A stretch of 64,000 nucleotides of DNA, from NCBI GenBank assembly GCA_001662655.1, contig KV460234.1; one strand, written 5' to 3'. A program made the position numbers and the translations under genes. Positions 1 to 10,768 of this stretch are shown in pieces. Position 1 is the first letter of the stretch. Each line of letters begins with the position of its first letter. The notes under the pieces are model-generated. The model searched no databases, had not been told where the DNA came from, and was given only the letters and a program-made list of their open reading frames with translations. The DNA comes from Pseudogymnoascus verrucosus (lineage: Eukaryota).

Positions 1-933
1 CCACCAGCAATCTCTATCTCAGAGCCGCCAGCAATTTCCGTCTCCCGCCCGCCAGCCATCTCGGTCAATTCAGCACCAACGATTTCCGTCTCCACACCAC
101 AAGTTCCCTCTATCGTGGAGCCTTCTACCTCATCTCGCCCTGCTGCCCGCGCCCTTCCCGACCCCAAAGTCCTGGCGCGCAACAAAGACCCCTTCGCGCG
201 TCCTAATCGCATCTCCACAAGCCACTGGTCTCCCGCCCCCGCTCCCGCCGGTGCCCGCGCAACCGCAACCTGCCATTACTGCCGGCACCCAATTGCCGGG
301 CGCGTGATAGCGCTAGCTGGCCATGCCGAGCGCTGGCATCCGGGTTGCTTCTCCTGCCACTGCTGCCGCACGCAGCTCGCTGATTTCGAGATCAAGCCCG
401 AGCCCGAGGCGGAACGTGCCGCTAGGTTGGATCGGATTGCAAGGCGGCAAGGCGGAGAGGTAGTAGAAGGCGACGATGAAGGTGGCGCAAGGGCACAGGA
501 TGATGGCGATGAGAGGTTAAGGTTCTACTGCCATCTCGACTGGCACGAGCTATTTGCACCAAGGTGCCGCCACTGCAAGACCCCTATCGTTGGATCGCAT
601 GTCGTAGCGATGGGCGCACACTTCCACACCGAACACTTCTTCTGCGCGGAGTGCGGAGATCCTTTCCCACCTGGCAGTGCGCATGTGGAGTTAGAAGGGT
701 ATGCATGGTGCACAGAGTGCGTGGCTGTGCGAACGGAGCGGCGCGCGCCGAAATGCGGGTTGTGCAAGAAACCGGTTGTGGGACGCGTGGTGGGTGCGTT
801 GGGGAGGGAGTTCCATGAGGATTGCTTTCGGTGTGGGGAGTGTGGGGGGGGGTTTGGGGATGGGGAGATCTTTTTGAGGGGGGATGTGGGGGTGGCGTGT
901 CGGGGGTGTATGGAGAGGGGGTTGAAAGCTTGA
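1..933 (+). CDS. LIM-domain (paxillin-like) protein, 5'-truncated by the window edge
   Basis: Frame 1 is open from base 1 to TGA at 931-933. Three LIM zinc-finger patterns: CHYC...WHPGCFSCHCC, CRHC...FHTEHFFCAEC...WCTEC, CGLC...FHEDCFRCGEC...CRGC. Confidence 0.85.
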   Translation, partial: PPAISISEPPAISVSRPPAISVNSAPTISVSTPQVPSIVEPSTSSRPAARALPDPKVLARNKDPFARPNRISTSHWSPAPAPAGARATATCHYCRHPIAGRVIALAGHAERWHPGCFSCHCCRTQLADFEIKPEPEAERAARLDRIARRQGGEVVEGDDEGGARAQDDGDERLRFYCHLDWHELFAPRCRHCKTPIVGSHVVAMGAHFHTEHFFCAECGDPFPPGSAHVELEGYAWCTECVAVRTERRAPKCGLCKKPVVGRVVGALGREFHEDCFRCGECGGGFGDGEIFLRGDVGVACRGCMERGLKA

Positions 934-1218
934 GAGGCGGAGGGTAATCACTCTTTATATGTCTCGTTTGTGGTAATACGTCGGTCTTTATGATATTTTC
1001 TTTGGTTCGCATGGGTGGGAGCGTGGCGCGTTTTGCGTCTGGACACAGTCATTTTATTTGGATGGGGGAAAAGCATAGGGGTTGGAGCGATGATTGTGGG
1101 GGTGGCGAGCGAGACTGTTGTTATGGTCTCGGATAGAGCTTAATTGAGGAGATGATGAAATAAGATGATGTTGATGATTTAGATGCTCAATATTACGTGT
1201 GTGATGTTAACTCCCCAG

Positions 1219-2249
1219 TCAAGGAATCTCCTCATAAACCACATCCTCCGCCCCCAGAGGCACCAGGAAATCCGGTGGCACTTCCTCGGGCAATTGCCTC
1301 TTCTCCGCCCACTTCCTCACGGCGTCATAATTTCGACACTTATGCTCGGTATTGAAATCAACAAACGCACTCGGATCCTCGCGAAATGTCCATACTTGTC
1401 CCAGCACGCCCACATCAACCGCACACATGAGCTGCTGGCGCAGGATGTCGAGGCAGTGCGTAACGTGAAAGCGGACGACGTGGTCAGCATTAGAGAAGGC
1501 ACCCTGCCCAAGGGCGTGGTAGTAGTCGTAATTGTAGTAGAGAGCCTGGCGTAGTAGGTTCAGGCAGTGTAGATGGTGTAGGCCTTCGACGTTGGCGGGA
1601 TAGCCGCCACCGTACTGGGGGGAGATATGGACGTGGGTTTTGGGAGTAAGGCCGGAGCGAGGACCGTCGGAGGGGGAGACGACAAATGCGCGGTCTGGAG
1701 GAGTCAGTGAAGTTTTGGAGAGGGGTATGAGAGAAAAGGGAGACGGATTGGGAGGGACATACAATCGGTTCCTAGGGAGCCCCAGGCTGCATCTACTTCT
1801 GGCCCGGCTGGTTGGCGGAAGGCATTAAGCTTCATGAAGGAGCCATTGAAGCGTTGGAGGTTGTAATGGAGACCAATCCTTTCTTTTACTAAAGGTGCTA
1901 AAGATTGATTAGCTCGAGGTATGGGTGGACAGGACTTTCATTATGACATACAGTAATGAGAGACATGGCCTCCGCAGAAGCTATCGGCGTCGAAAAGTCT
2001 ATGGCTGCCAATCCAGATGCCGGCCAGGAATATGATGACAGAGTAGAGAAGGAATAAGGAACTGATGCCGTAATGCCAGAGGGGTCGTTTTGGTTTCTTC
2101 GTGTAATCATCAGTGCTTGACTGTGAGAGGAGGGTCTCACAGTCGTCATTCTGGGGGATTTTGTTGAAACGAGCTTCCTGATTAGGAGTATGATCAAACA
2201 TCTTCTTTAAACCGTTGGAATTCTTGAGTATGAAGATGCTTAATGGCAT
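1219..2249 (-). CDS. DUF3328 / UstYa-like oxidase (fungal RiPP cyclase family)
   Basis: Three exons: 2249 (or 2201)-1952, 1897-1763, 1694-1219, with GTATGT donors and TAG/CAG acceptors that keep frame. N-terminal single TM helix, EVDAAW segment, two HxxHC motifs (HHLHC, HVTHC) and C-terminal HKCRNYDAVRKWA. Confidence 0.9.
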
Positions 2250-3630
2250 TTTGAATTATAGAGGCGTGTGGATCTCAGAGACTACAGAGACAAGCTCGCA
2301 ATTTCAAGAGCCGAAAGGATCTTTTCCCGTCGTCAAGCTCGGATGATTGACTGGCATGTACTAAACATGGTAGATAAAGATGGTCATAAGAGTCGAGAGC
2401 AACGTCGCAGTGAGGATCCTGCAATAAGTTTATACATGTCGCCTTGAAATGCAGTGACGATATACCGCATGTGACTGCATATCTTAGGAATGGTCTATAC
2501 AAATCATGAAAAAGAATGGAGCACAAGAGCTGTATTTGTGTATATTCCTGTGTCTCAACTGCTGTATACTCATAATCACATTGCAGTGTACGAAGTTTGT
2601 CCCTCTGCATTCTTGTATGTTTATTTGTAAATAGATATAAATACTTATGCCGCCGAAAAGTTCAAATATGGAACGGGTACAGCGGCCAATGTTTGCAGCA
2701 ACTACTGTTAAAACGAGGCCTGTCAAATTATCTAAGAGTATTTTTTTTAATACCTACTAATAAATTGCACCCAAGAGTGATAGTCTATCGGTTTGGCAAT
2801 TTTCGGTTGCGTACAGTCTCCCTTCAGGTTTTCGGGCGACACGAGGGCCATAAGGACCGATATTGCATGATGGGCCAAATGACTGGCACTATAATGGCGC
2901 AGTTTCATTGTAAGACTACTCCCGCAGATACGAAAGATTTATAGCTCGCCTTGCATTCAACCTCCTACCATTTATGTTTCACAACAGGAGAAACTCTTCG
3001 ATGAAAATTTTCCACATCTACTGTCAGGTCATGTGTGACAAATATACATGTGCATATTTGCACACTGTACGACATGCCCTATGACGTTGGAACAGGGTAA
3101 GTGAAGCTCCCCTATAACTCTACTGAGCTTTGGCTCTCGTATTGTTGTCGCTATCAATTTTCTCGGGTCTCACGTAAGGAATGGCTGACAATGCCGATAT
3201 GATCTCGTGGATGATAAGTATGATAAGGAGGGTGAACGGCTCCATACATATGCAGGCATCCCTTCGGCAGCTTCATTCACCGACGTAGTGGCCTCGGATA
3301 GACGTAGGATGCCTCATTCTCGTGTTGGCTGCGGCTTTCCTGAGCCAGTCGTCATGTTGCATCACAGGCAATAGCCCAGCTATCACGATGGTCTCACCCA
3401 TACATGACATAATGGAAGGAAGAAAGCCCGGTGTTGCAAAATTAGAAGCCATCTGTCGAGCTCATCTGGTGACAGTCTTGGTGTTCACCGAGGTACTTAC
3501 TTTCATACACCCTCTGAGGCTAGAATTATTGCTTATATCTATCTGGTTGAGCCCACCTCTTTATACTCAAAGAATCTGTAGTATTTGCCTCCAAACCATC
3601 CGCCGAGAATTAGTCCCAAATATTTTTATC

Positions 3631-4662
3631 ATGAAGTTCCATATAAATGTGGTTGCCCTGGTGGCATTGATCTCCTCATGGGTCGTCGTCGCGTTTCCCA
3701 CTGAAGCTAGGAACGAGGATATTGCTATTGCGGATTCTGCAACCCCAGAAACAACACAGGAGACTCCTGTCCAGACTGACAACGCTGACGAGGACGAGGA
3801 TGAGGATGAGGACGAAATAGCCGCTGTTTCTAGTTACAAGTACTACGGAAAATACGCCAACTATGGCACATACCACTATAACAAATATGCAACCTACCGC
3901 AGGTATAGGCGTGACGCGACGCCGGAACCGGAAACTTCACAGGGGACTCCTGTCGAGGCTGACAACGCCGACGAGGACGAGGATGAGGACGAAATAGCCG
4001 CTGTTTCTAGTTACAAGGACTACGGAAAATACGCCAACTATGGCAAATATCCTCCCCCGGGATATGACCAGTACGGAACATACGTAAAATACCCGTCGAA
4101 GCGCAGTAGTTTTAGATCTACAAAGTACGGTTCATACGATGACTACGACCCACCCAACAATGGTAAATATACGGATTATCACTCCTATAAACCTGACGGC
4201 CTTCCAGAACAGGGCAATGATGGCGGCAAGAGCAATAAGTATGGCTCGTATAATGGCTACGCACGGCCGAATTATGGCAATTACACACACTATCCAAATT
4301 CCAGACGCGACAAAGTGGCAGACACAACTATTGACTTTGCCAAATACACCAAGTATGGTAAGCCGCCCGGAGGCTACGATAAATACCCTGGCTATGTCAA
4401 CTATGAGCGTTATAAAGAGAGTGTTGCCAACACCGCTGATGACACTCCTCCAACACGGTGGAATTATAGACGAGATCTTGCTCCTCAGGGAGAGAGTTCT
4501 GCCGATGCTGCTGGTACCGTTGTTTCAGGAGTGTTGTCTTATGGAACTATTGGTCCGTTCGGAGTAAAAAGGCGTGAGATGGCCCCGGAGAGTGACACAC
4601 AGGATAGAAAATATGCAAAATATGGTTTGTCTGCTCCGCAAATGCGATCGGATAATAGCTAA
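3631..4662 (+). CDS. Secreted Kex2-processed Tyr-rich repeat protein (candidate RiPP precursor)
   Basis: ATG at 3631 gives a signal peptide (MKFHINVVALVALISSWVVVA). Acidic spacers (DEDEDEDE), repeated xxY triplets, dibasic sites (RRYRR, SKR, SRR, YRR, KRR). About 42 Tyr in 343 aa and no Cys (hand count). Confidence 0.8.
   Translation: MKFHINVVALVALISSWVVVAFPTEARNEDIAIADSATPETTQETPVQTDNADEDEDEDEDEIAAVSSYKYYGKYANYGTYHYNKYATYRRYRRDATPEPETSQGTPVEADNADEDEDEDEIAAVSSYKDYGKYANYGKYPPPGYDQYGTYVKYPSKRSSFRSTKYGSYDDYDPPNNGKYTDYHSYKPDGLPEQGNDGGKSNKYGSYNGYARPNYGNYTHYPNSRRDKVADTTIDFAKYTKYGKPPGGYDKYPGYVNYERYKESVANTADDTPPTRWNYRRDLAPQGESSADAAGTVVSGVLSYGTIGPFGVKRREMAPESDTQDRKYAKYGLSAPQMRSDNS
3739..4046 (+). repeat. 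Internal duplication of the acidic-leader plus YxxY module in the precursor gene
   Basis: About 3739-3868 and 3916-4046 share long near-identical DNA (gacgaaatagccgctgtttctagttacaagNactacggaaaatacgccaactatggca). Confidence 0.9.
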
Positions 4663-5568
4663 TTCGCACTGATAGGGGGCAAAATATTGCCATAAATCTC
4701 AGTAAAGAGTAAAGAGCCTTGGCCGGGATGTCTGTAAGAAGACGATGGTGCTTTTTGAGACATATCGCAGGGCATTTGGGGCAGATCGCAGGCTTGGTTT
4801 CTTAAAAGCCGGTAGTCCACGGCTTTTAATTTTAAAATTCTCCGAATCAATGGTACCTTTTCTACGCATATGCATAGACTCATCGTGTTATAAGAAATTG
4901 AATACCTACTTTAAAAATTAGGAAATAGCTCGTTGGACCTAGATCGTGAGACCTGGCTGATGGATAATTATTAATGACTAAATAATAGAAAAAAAGTGAT
5001 AAATATAGATAACAGCAACACGTAACAAAAATGCCACCGAAAGCACCATTATTCGATACATGAGAGAAATAAAAATCCGGTGACTCTTAAAGCATGTTTG
5101 TAAATTCTCCACGAAAATAATGTATTAATAGTAGGTCGTGTGCTGTCGAAATGTTTGAAGCTCACTGCACGTCCACTGGTCTTGGCGCAGTTGAGAGGAT
5201 TTCTGGCGAGACCAGATTGGTTGCCATGGTAGCCAACATAACGTTGGGTAACAGCTGGGACGAAGCCCATGATTGCCAGACTCAAGAACTTCTACTACAA
5301 AACTCCGACCCTAAGGATTTTACACCTGAAATATAATTAAGGCTATTTTACTCTGATTGCTTTGCGTTACTATCGCGAAGTTCCAAGCTACCAGATTCCA
5401 TATCTACCCCGCCACTTGTGTAAACAAACCGGACATACTGATCAGGGAGCAGCGTTGTACCCACACAGCTACAAGTCAAGCCGACCGAGATCCCTACGAA
5501 CTTAAATCAAATACAATTTGACAAAAATATCGAAACAAACACACATCAACTCCATAGGCGGCGCCGTC

Positions 5569-6402
5569 ATGCGTTTGCGAACGCTAGTACCCGCACTCTC
5601 GGCACTCCTCCTCGCCCCTCCCTCAACGACCGCCTCTCATCTCCGTGCCTCCCCCTTCTCCGCCGCATACCTATCCACCAGCACTTTCGACTCCCTCATA
5701 AAGCGCCAAAGCTGTCCCGCAGACTACAACTCCTGCGCCAGCCTCTCCGCCCCCAATTCTGCCTCGAACTGCTGCGCCGCCTCATCCCTCTGCGCCCTCG
5801 ACAATGCTGGCAACATAGCCTGCTGCCCCCTCGGCTCCTACTGCACCGGCATAATCTCCATCGCGCCCTCTCCAACCACATCACATACAGGGCCTATAAC
5901 CTCCGCCCCGACAGAAACGCAAACCGCCGCCCCAGCAACGGGCTACGTCCCAAACACATTCTATCCGTTTCCGATCATCTTCGCCTCCGGAACAAACTTT
6001 GGTGATAAGGCGCAATGCGAGGCGGCTTATGAGTCGTGTGCGGGATACTATCAGCAGTGCACGCAGCGGCTTGAGGGTGGGGGCGGAGGATTTGGTGTCA
6101 CAGTTGCGGGACCAGGAGGTGGGATAACGGTTGCGGGAGGGGCAGGCGTGAGTGTGGGGATTGAGAGTGCGACAAAGATCTGTTCATCGCTGAGTGGGGA
6201 GGCGTGTCCGGGGACTGCGGCAACGTGTACGGCTGCTGGGGATGGCACGGATAATGGGGCGGGGGTGGCTACGACAACGCCCAGCCAAACGGGGTTTGTT
6301 GTTGGTGATCCGGGGGCTGGTGCGGCTCCTGGAATAGAAGTTGGGAGGTGGGGGTTGGGGATGGTGGTTATCGTGGGGTTGGTTACTGGTTGGGGGATCT
6401 GA
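5569..6402 (+). CDS. Cys-rich GPI-anchored cell-surface protein
   Basis: Signal peptide from ATG 5569, KR-Q processing site, CC-containing Cys-rich domain, Ser/Thr linker, second Cys-rich domain and hydrophobic C-terminal GPI-type signal. Confidence 0.8.
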   Translation: MRLRTLVPALSALLLAPPSTTASHLRASPFSAAYLSTSTFDSLIKRQSCPADYNSCASLSAPNSASNCCAASSLCALDNAGNIACCPLGSYCTGIISIAPSPTTSHTGPITSAPTETQTAAPATGYVPNTFYPFPIIFASGTNFGDKAQCEAAYESCAGYYQQCTQRLEGGGGGFGVTVAGPGGGITVAGGAGVSVGIESATKICSSLSGEACPGTAATCTAAGDGTDNGAGVATTTPSQTGFVVGDPGAGAAPGIEVGRWGLGMVVIVGLVTGWGI

Positions 6403-7212
6403 TTAAGGATACTTTTGGTTGTTGAGGGCGATTGTTATACGCAGAAACGAAACGGATGATTTGAGCGCGGGATATACGACGATGTGGACATGTATCATGA
6501 TCGAATTTTTGCAGCTACGGCGTTCCGAGTTTCATTAGCGGGTTGGATTTACAGCGCTGTTTGTCTGGAACAGAAGACCAGACGGGCTGGGCCTGAAGCA
6601 TCAGAATTATGTGTCTATTGGAAGGACCTACATGAGCGAGGAAATGGGTATGTACTGGATCGATGTTATCATCTCCACGGAATATCATAAAGCGATCTTG
6701 GCTTAATTGATATAAGTATGGTTTGTAAACTATGTCTTGGCATTCAATCACTTGGAGATGCAGAACCTGTGTGAGAGCGAACGTCGAATTGCGTATATAG
6801 AAAACCTTCTGTTCTGTAATGATATTTAATGTAACGACAGAGCGTCTTTCAGGCTATTTTGCTTCTGCTCCTGTCTTGTTACAACCCCCAATCTCTCTTC
6901 CTTTCTCCTGGCAGAACACTTCGCTACAGCCACCATAGCTCCTGAGAGAATTCCTTAACCATATGACAACACTTAACAGCACTTCTAGATATTTATTAAC
7001 GTAGATGTGTTGATGGAAATTTGACGTCAAATTGTAATTTTTAAGCCGAGTGCCAATGAGGGGCAATTTCGCTTGAGTACAAAAATTCGTTCCCTATAAT
7101 GATATGAGAGAGACGGGAGAGTGATGAGAGAGATATGAGAGAGACAAGAGAAAGACAAGGGAGAAATGAGAGTTGAGATGGCGAGAGAGAGAAGTGCCGA
7201 GCAAATCATGTT

Positions 7213-7329
7213 TAAACATCTAAAGAACACGGCATTACCCGAAGGGTACGTATGAGTTGTGATAGCATAAAACATGAAACATAACCGACTATGCGTAAAC
7301 ATCTAAAGAAAACGGCATTACCCGAAGGG
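7213..7329. repeat. 34-bp intergenic direct repeat, 2 copies
   Basis: taaacatctaaagaa(c/a)acggcattacccgaaggg at 7213-7246 and 7296-7329, one mismatch. Confidence 0.9.
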
Positions 7330-7780
7330 CATTATAACCCCACATCTACTAATCTTTTCTAGAATTGGGGAGCAAGTATTACGCAGCTTCATGTGACTTA
7401 ATTCTGTAACCAACAAGAGAGCCACGTCACCTAAACCTTCTCAATAATGAGAAACAACACATGCAGTCGAGTTTTCGTGACTATATTCCTGCCTCTCGTT
7501 GAGAAAGTAGAAAAAGCTTCGCCTTAATGCTTACGTCTTTAGAAACGACGACGGGGTCTACAATATCCACGCCTAGCAAGGAGTCAAAAGCTTCCCTTCT
7601 TAGCTAATTTAGCATGACCTTGAGAAGTATTAAAGCAAAGGAAATCTCTCCTCAAATGCTTTCTTTTCACCCTCGTTATCTAACATCATCTTCACAGTTA
7701 TTCACTTAGCTTCAAACGTTACTTTACATTCCTCCTTCCTAAATTATTTCCAAGAACCCACTACCACAACCACCTTCAAA

Positions 7781-8637
7781 ATGCATTGTTCATTCTCTAC
7801 CACTGTCATTGCTGCTTTCAGCATGCTCTCTGTTGTCTGCGCTGGTCCTATTGCTTCTCGCAAAGTTTGCGGTGCTGCTCCTGTTGGAACAGTGGCTCAG
7901 ACCCCTCTCTTGCAGCCAACTGGAATCAGTGAGCCCTATTCTTTCTCAATCCCTTGACACTTCTAACATTAACAGCCACTGCATCCGCCTGCGCTACTCA
8001 GTGCAAAGGCAACACAGCATGTCTCTCATTCCTCTTCGGACTTGTCGATGGCGTAGACAAATGCATACTCTACTCCGTTCCAGCATCCTCGCTCCCTCCT
8101 CAAACCAACCTCGTTGCCTATGATATCGCCTGTACCTCCATTCCTTCTGTTGTCCCAACAGCTGCCAACCCAGGCGGACTTCGCACCCGACAAACTCAAG
8201 GGACCCATGCCAACCCCTTGAATGCAGCCCCAGCAGGCGCACCAGCACCCATTGACACTCCTAAGGTCAACAATTTGGCCGCCTGCCTTGCATCCTGCAA
8301 GGGCAACCCATCCTGCATCGCCTATACCTTCAAGTCTGGTGTCTGTAAGCTTTTCGGCCCCACAAAGGCCAAGCGTGCCGAGGGCGTTGCAACTGGTGCT
8401 GGAAAGGCAGGTGCTGGAAAAGCAGCTCAGGATCATGCTTCTAGCTCAGATGGCGCTGTCCTACAAACACCAGTTGCGACCCACGAGGCTCCGCTTAACG
8501 CTATCCCAGCAGGCGCACCAGCACCCATTGACACTCCTAAGGTCAACGATTTGGCCGCCTGCCTTGCATCCTGCAAGGGCAACCCATCCTGCATCGCCTA
8601 TACCTTCGAGTCTGGTGCCTGCAAGCTCTTTAACTAG
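7781..8637 (+). CDS. Secreted protein with three PAN/apple-like Cys modules
   Basis: Exon 7781-7928 (signal peptide), intron 7929-7975 (GTGAGC..CTAAC..CAG), exon 7976-8637. Three CxxxC-x5-C-xx(F/Y)xF...C-xL modules. Confidence 0.8.
8229..8617 (+). repeat. 113-bp near-identical intragenic duplication (PAN modules 2 and 3)
   Basis: 8229-8341 versus 8505-8617, two mismatches by eye. Confidence 0.9.
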
Positions 8638-9168
8638 GCCATCTATTAGAGCTTCTTTGAACCAAGTGAGGCTTGGGTAGTCAAGGTTATGTTGTGGGCA
8701 GATGTGTTTGCATGTTGATTTAAATTTTGGCGTTTCTTTTCTCTTCTGTTTGCAAAATGTCTGTCCCTACAATCTCTGTATCATTCATAGAAAATCTCCG
8801 ACATTGGTCGGGGGATCAATAAAAGCTGTACTATTTTGATCGTCTCTTGTCTTTAGAACTCTCAGACCTCTATGCATCTGTGGGCTGCTAGTCCTGATAT
8901 ACTCTCGTCTAATATGAGCAACGTATAGAAACACCAAAAACAGAACGAATGTATAAGCATATACCAACAAGGTATATAAGCGTAGGGAATTATATAGTGC
9001 GGATGTTGCTTTTATTATCTATTAGAAGGTAGAGTACTGGCGAGTATAATGGGGGATGAAGGCGTAAATGAGCCAAGAGAGGATAAAAGCGCGCGCGAGG
9101 GAAAAGGGATTTACAGAATTACCTCAATCGGTTCCTGCCTTATAAAGGCTCCCACGGAGATATACCTC

Positions 9169-9222
9169 ACCTCTCACCATCGTACCTCTCACCGTCGTAC
9201 CTCTCACCGTCGTACCTCTCAC
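9169..9222. repeat. 15-bp tandem minisatellite
   Basis: ACCTCTCACCRTCGT x3 plus a partial fourth copy. Confidence 0.9.
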
Positions 9223-9548
9223 TGCCGTCCCCATGTGACTCTCCCTCCTCCCCCTCTCCATCCACACCCTCCATCACAGTAAGTTAGCGGCACAGCAACA
9301 ATCCGGATCAACAACAACACCCCTACGTTACCAAATGCCGCCGCGCCAAGGAACAGCCACACCACAATGCTGCAGCCTCCTCCTCCACTGTCACCCATGG
9401 AGCCCACCCACCCATGTACTGTACAGTACCATGCAGGCTGATACATAACCGCGCCAGGGATGGCCATCTAGCACTGGTTCTTGGACGGGGTGGGATGTTT
9501 CGATCTTTCCGTGTACCCCTAATGAAAGGGAGCTTCGTGTTTAGGCTG

Positions 9549-9617
9549 TGTTTCTGGTGTTTCTGGTGTTTCTGGTGTTTCTGATGGTGATGGGTGGTGA
9601 TGGGTGGTGATGGGTGG
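9549..9617. repeat. Compound short tandem repeats
   Basis: TGTTTCTGG about x4 followed by TGGTGATGGG about x3. Confidence 0.85.
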
Positions 9618-9913
9618 GGACAGGTTGGGGTGTTGTAGGTGTTTCTTGATGTGTTTCTTTTGTGGCGGGGATGAAGGATCTGTGGGTACGGTACGGACTA
9701 GGTGGGATGGGGATGGGGATGGGACTGACTGACTAACAGCACCCACAGCTGTTAGTAGTGTGTTTGTATGGTAGGTATGGCAGGTACGGGAGGGACAGAG
9801 TGTAGGACTGCAAACAGTAACAACCCCACACGTCTGCCTGCATCGTATAAGTAACCCTAAAATAATTCCCACACATCAAATGATTTCTTTTTAAATCTAC
9901 CTTCGAGAGCTGT

Positions 9914-10768
9914 TCATACAGGATATGATATATCACTAGTCTCACGATCGTGAATACTCATCCAATTCGGGCGTCGCATGCTCAGTTCCCTAACCCACTC
10001 CGACTTCTCTTCAATCCTTAAGCATTCTGGCTGTATGAGGTCCACCACCAGATCCTTATCCTCTAGATCAGGCATTTGCTCCCAGCGGTTCATGGCCTTC
10101 AAGATATCCCCACGGTTCCGCATCAACCAAGGATGCACGGTCGTGACATATTCATGAACGGTGACAAAGCCTGGTCCAGACGGAGATGCCGTTACTAGCA
10201 CGCCGCCCTCCTTGCCTCTTGGTCGGTCGGTGCCGCAGCATTTCAGTAAATGCGGTGGATCTCTATCATTCTCAGGATCATAGTCGGGCAAAGTGCCATA
10301 CTTGAGAATGTCGCTCTCCGTGTATGAGTCAGGATCGGAATGGTTTTCGTGAAATTCTAACCAGTCCGACTCCCAAATGTTCAAGTCATTGACATTTACT
10401 ATGATTTCTGACACGGGCGGGTGTGTCGCTGGCGACTTCGAGACGACGTGCCATGGTGTATTTGAACCTCCGCCGACCGATTGCTGGAAATACGGTTCCA
10501 GGACGTCAATGTTGTAGGCAGCGGCCATGACGGAAAGAGATGTCTCTAGGGAACCACTATCAAAAGACCAAACGATGCGGACGGCAGCGAGAGTAGGATA
10601 AGGCTTGATACTGCGGCTGCGGAGTTCTGAAAATGTTGGATACGTCTCCCGTTCTAGTTGAGAGTCCGAGTCCGAGTCCGCGTCAGATTCAAATTCAGCT
10701 TGTCGGTGGAGAATGAGTCGAGGCCTTGGCGCATTGCCAGTGCCGGGAGTGGCGTCAGATGTTAACAT
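9914..10768 (-). CDS. Fungal hypothetical protein (284 aa, intronless)
   Basis: Long ATG-started ORF with protein-like composition (LLKCCGTDRPRGK, GFVTVHEYVTTVHPWL). No function recognised. Confidence 0.65.
   Translation of the reverse strand: MLTSDATPGTGNAPRPRLILHRQAEFESDADSDSDSQLERETYPTFSELRSRSIKPYPTLAAVRIVWSFDSGSLETSLSVMAAAYNIDVLEPYFQQSVGGGSNTPWHVVSKSPATHPPVSEIIVNVNDLNIWESDWLEFHENHSDPDSYTESDILKYGTLPDYDPENDRDPPHLLKCCGTDRPRGKEGGVLVTASPSGPGFVTVHEYVTTVHPWLMRNRGDILKAMNRWEQMPDLEDKDLVVDLIQPECLRIEEKSEWVRELSMRRPNWMSIHDRETSDISYPV

Noticed and set aside
3322..3630. N-terminal 103 aa of the 446-aa ORF call
   Set aside because: It starts at GTG and looks like promoter/UTR; ATG 3631 gives a clean signal peptide.
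9169..9617. Tandem repeats as a CRISPR-like or coding array
   Set aside because: Simple minisatellites without spacers; the overlapping ORFs are low-complexity artefacts.
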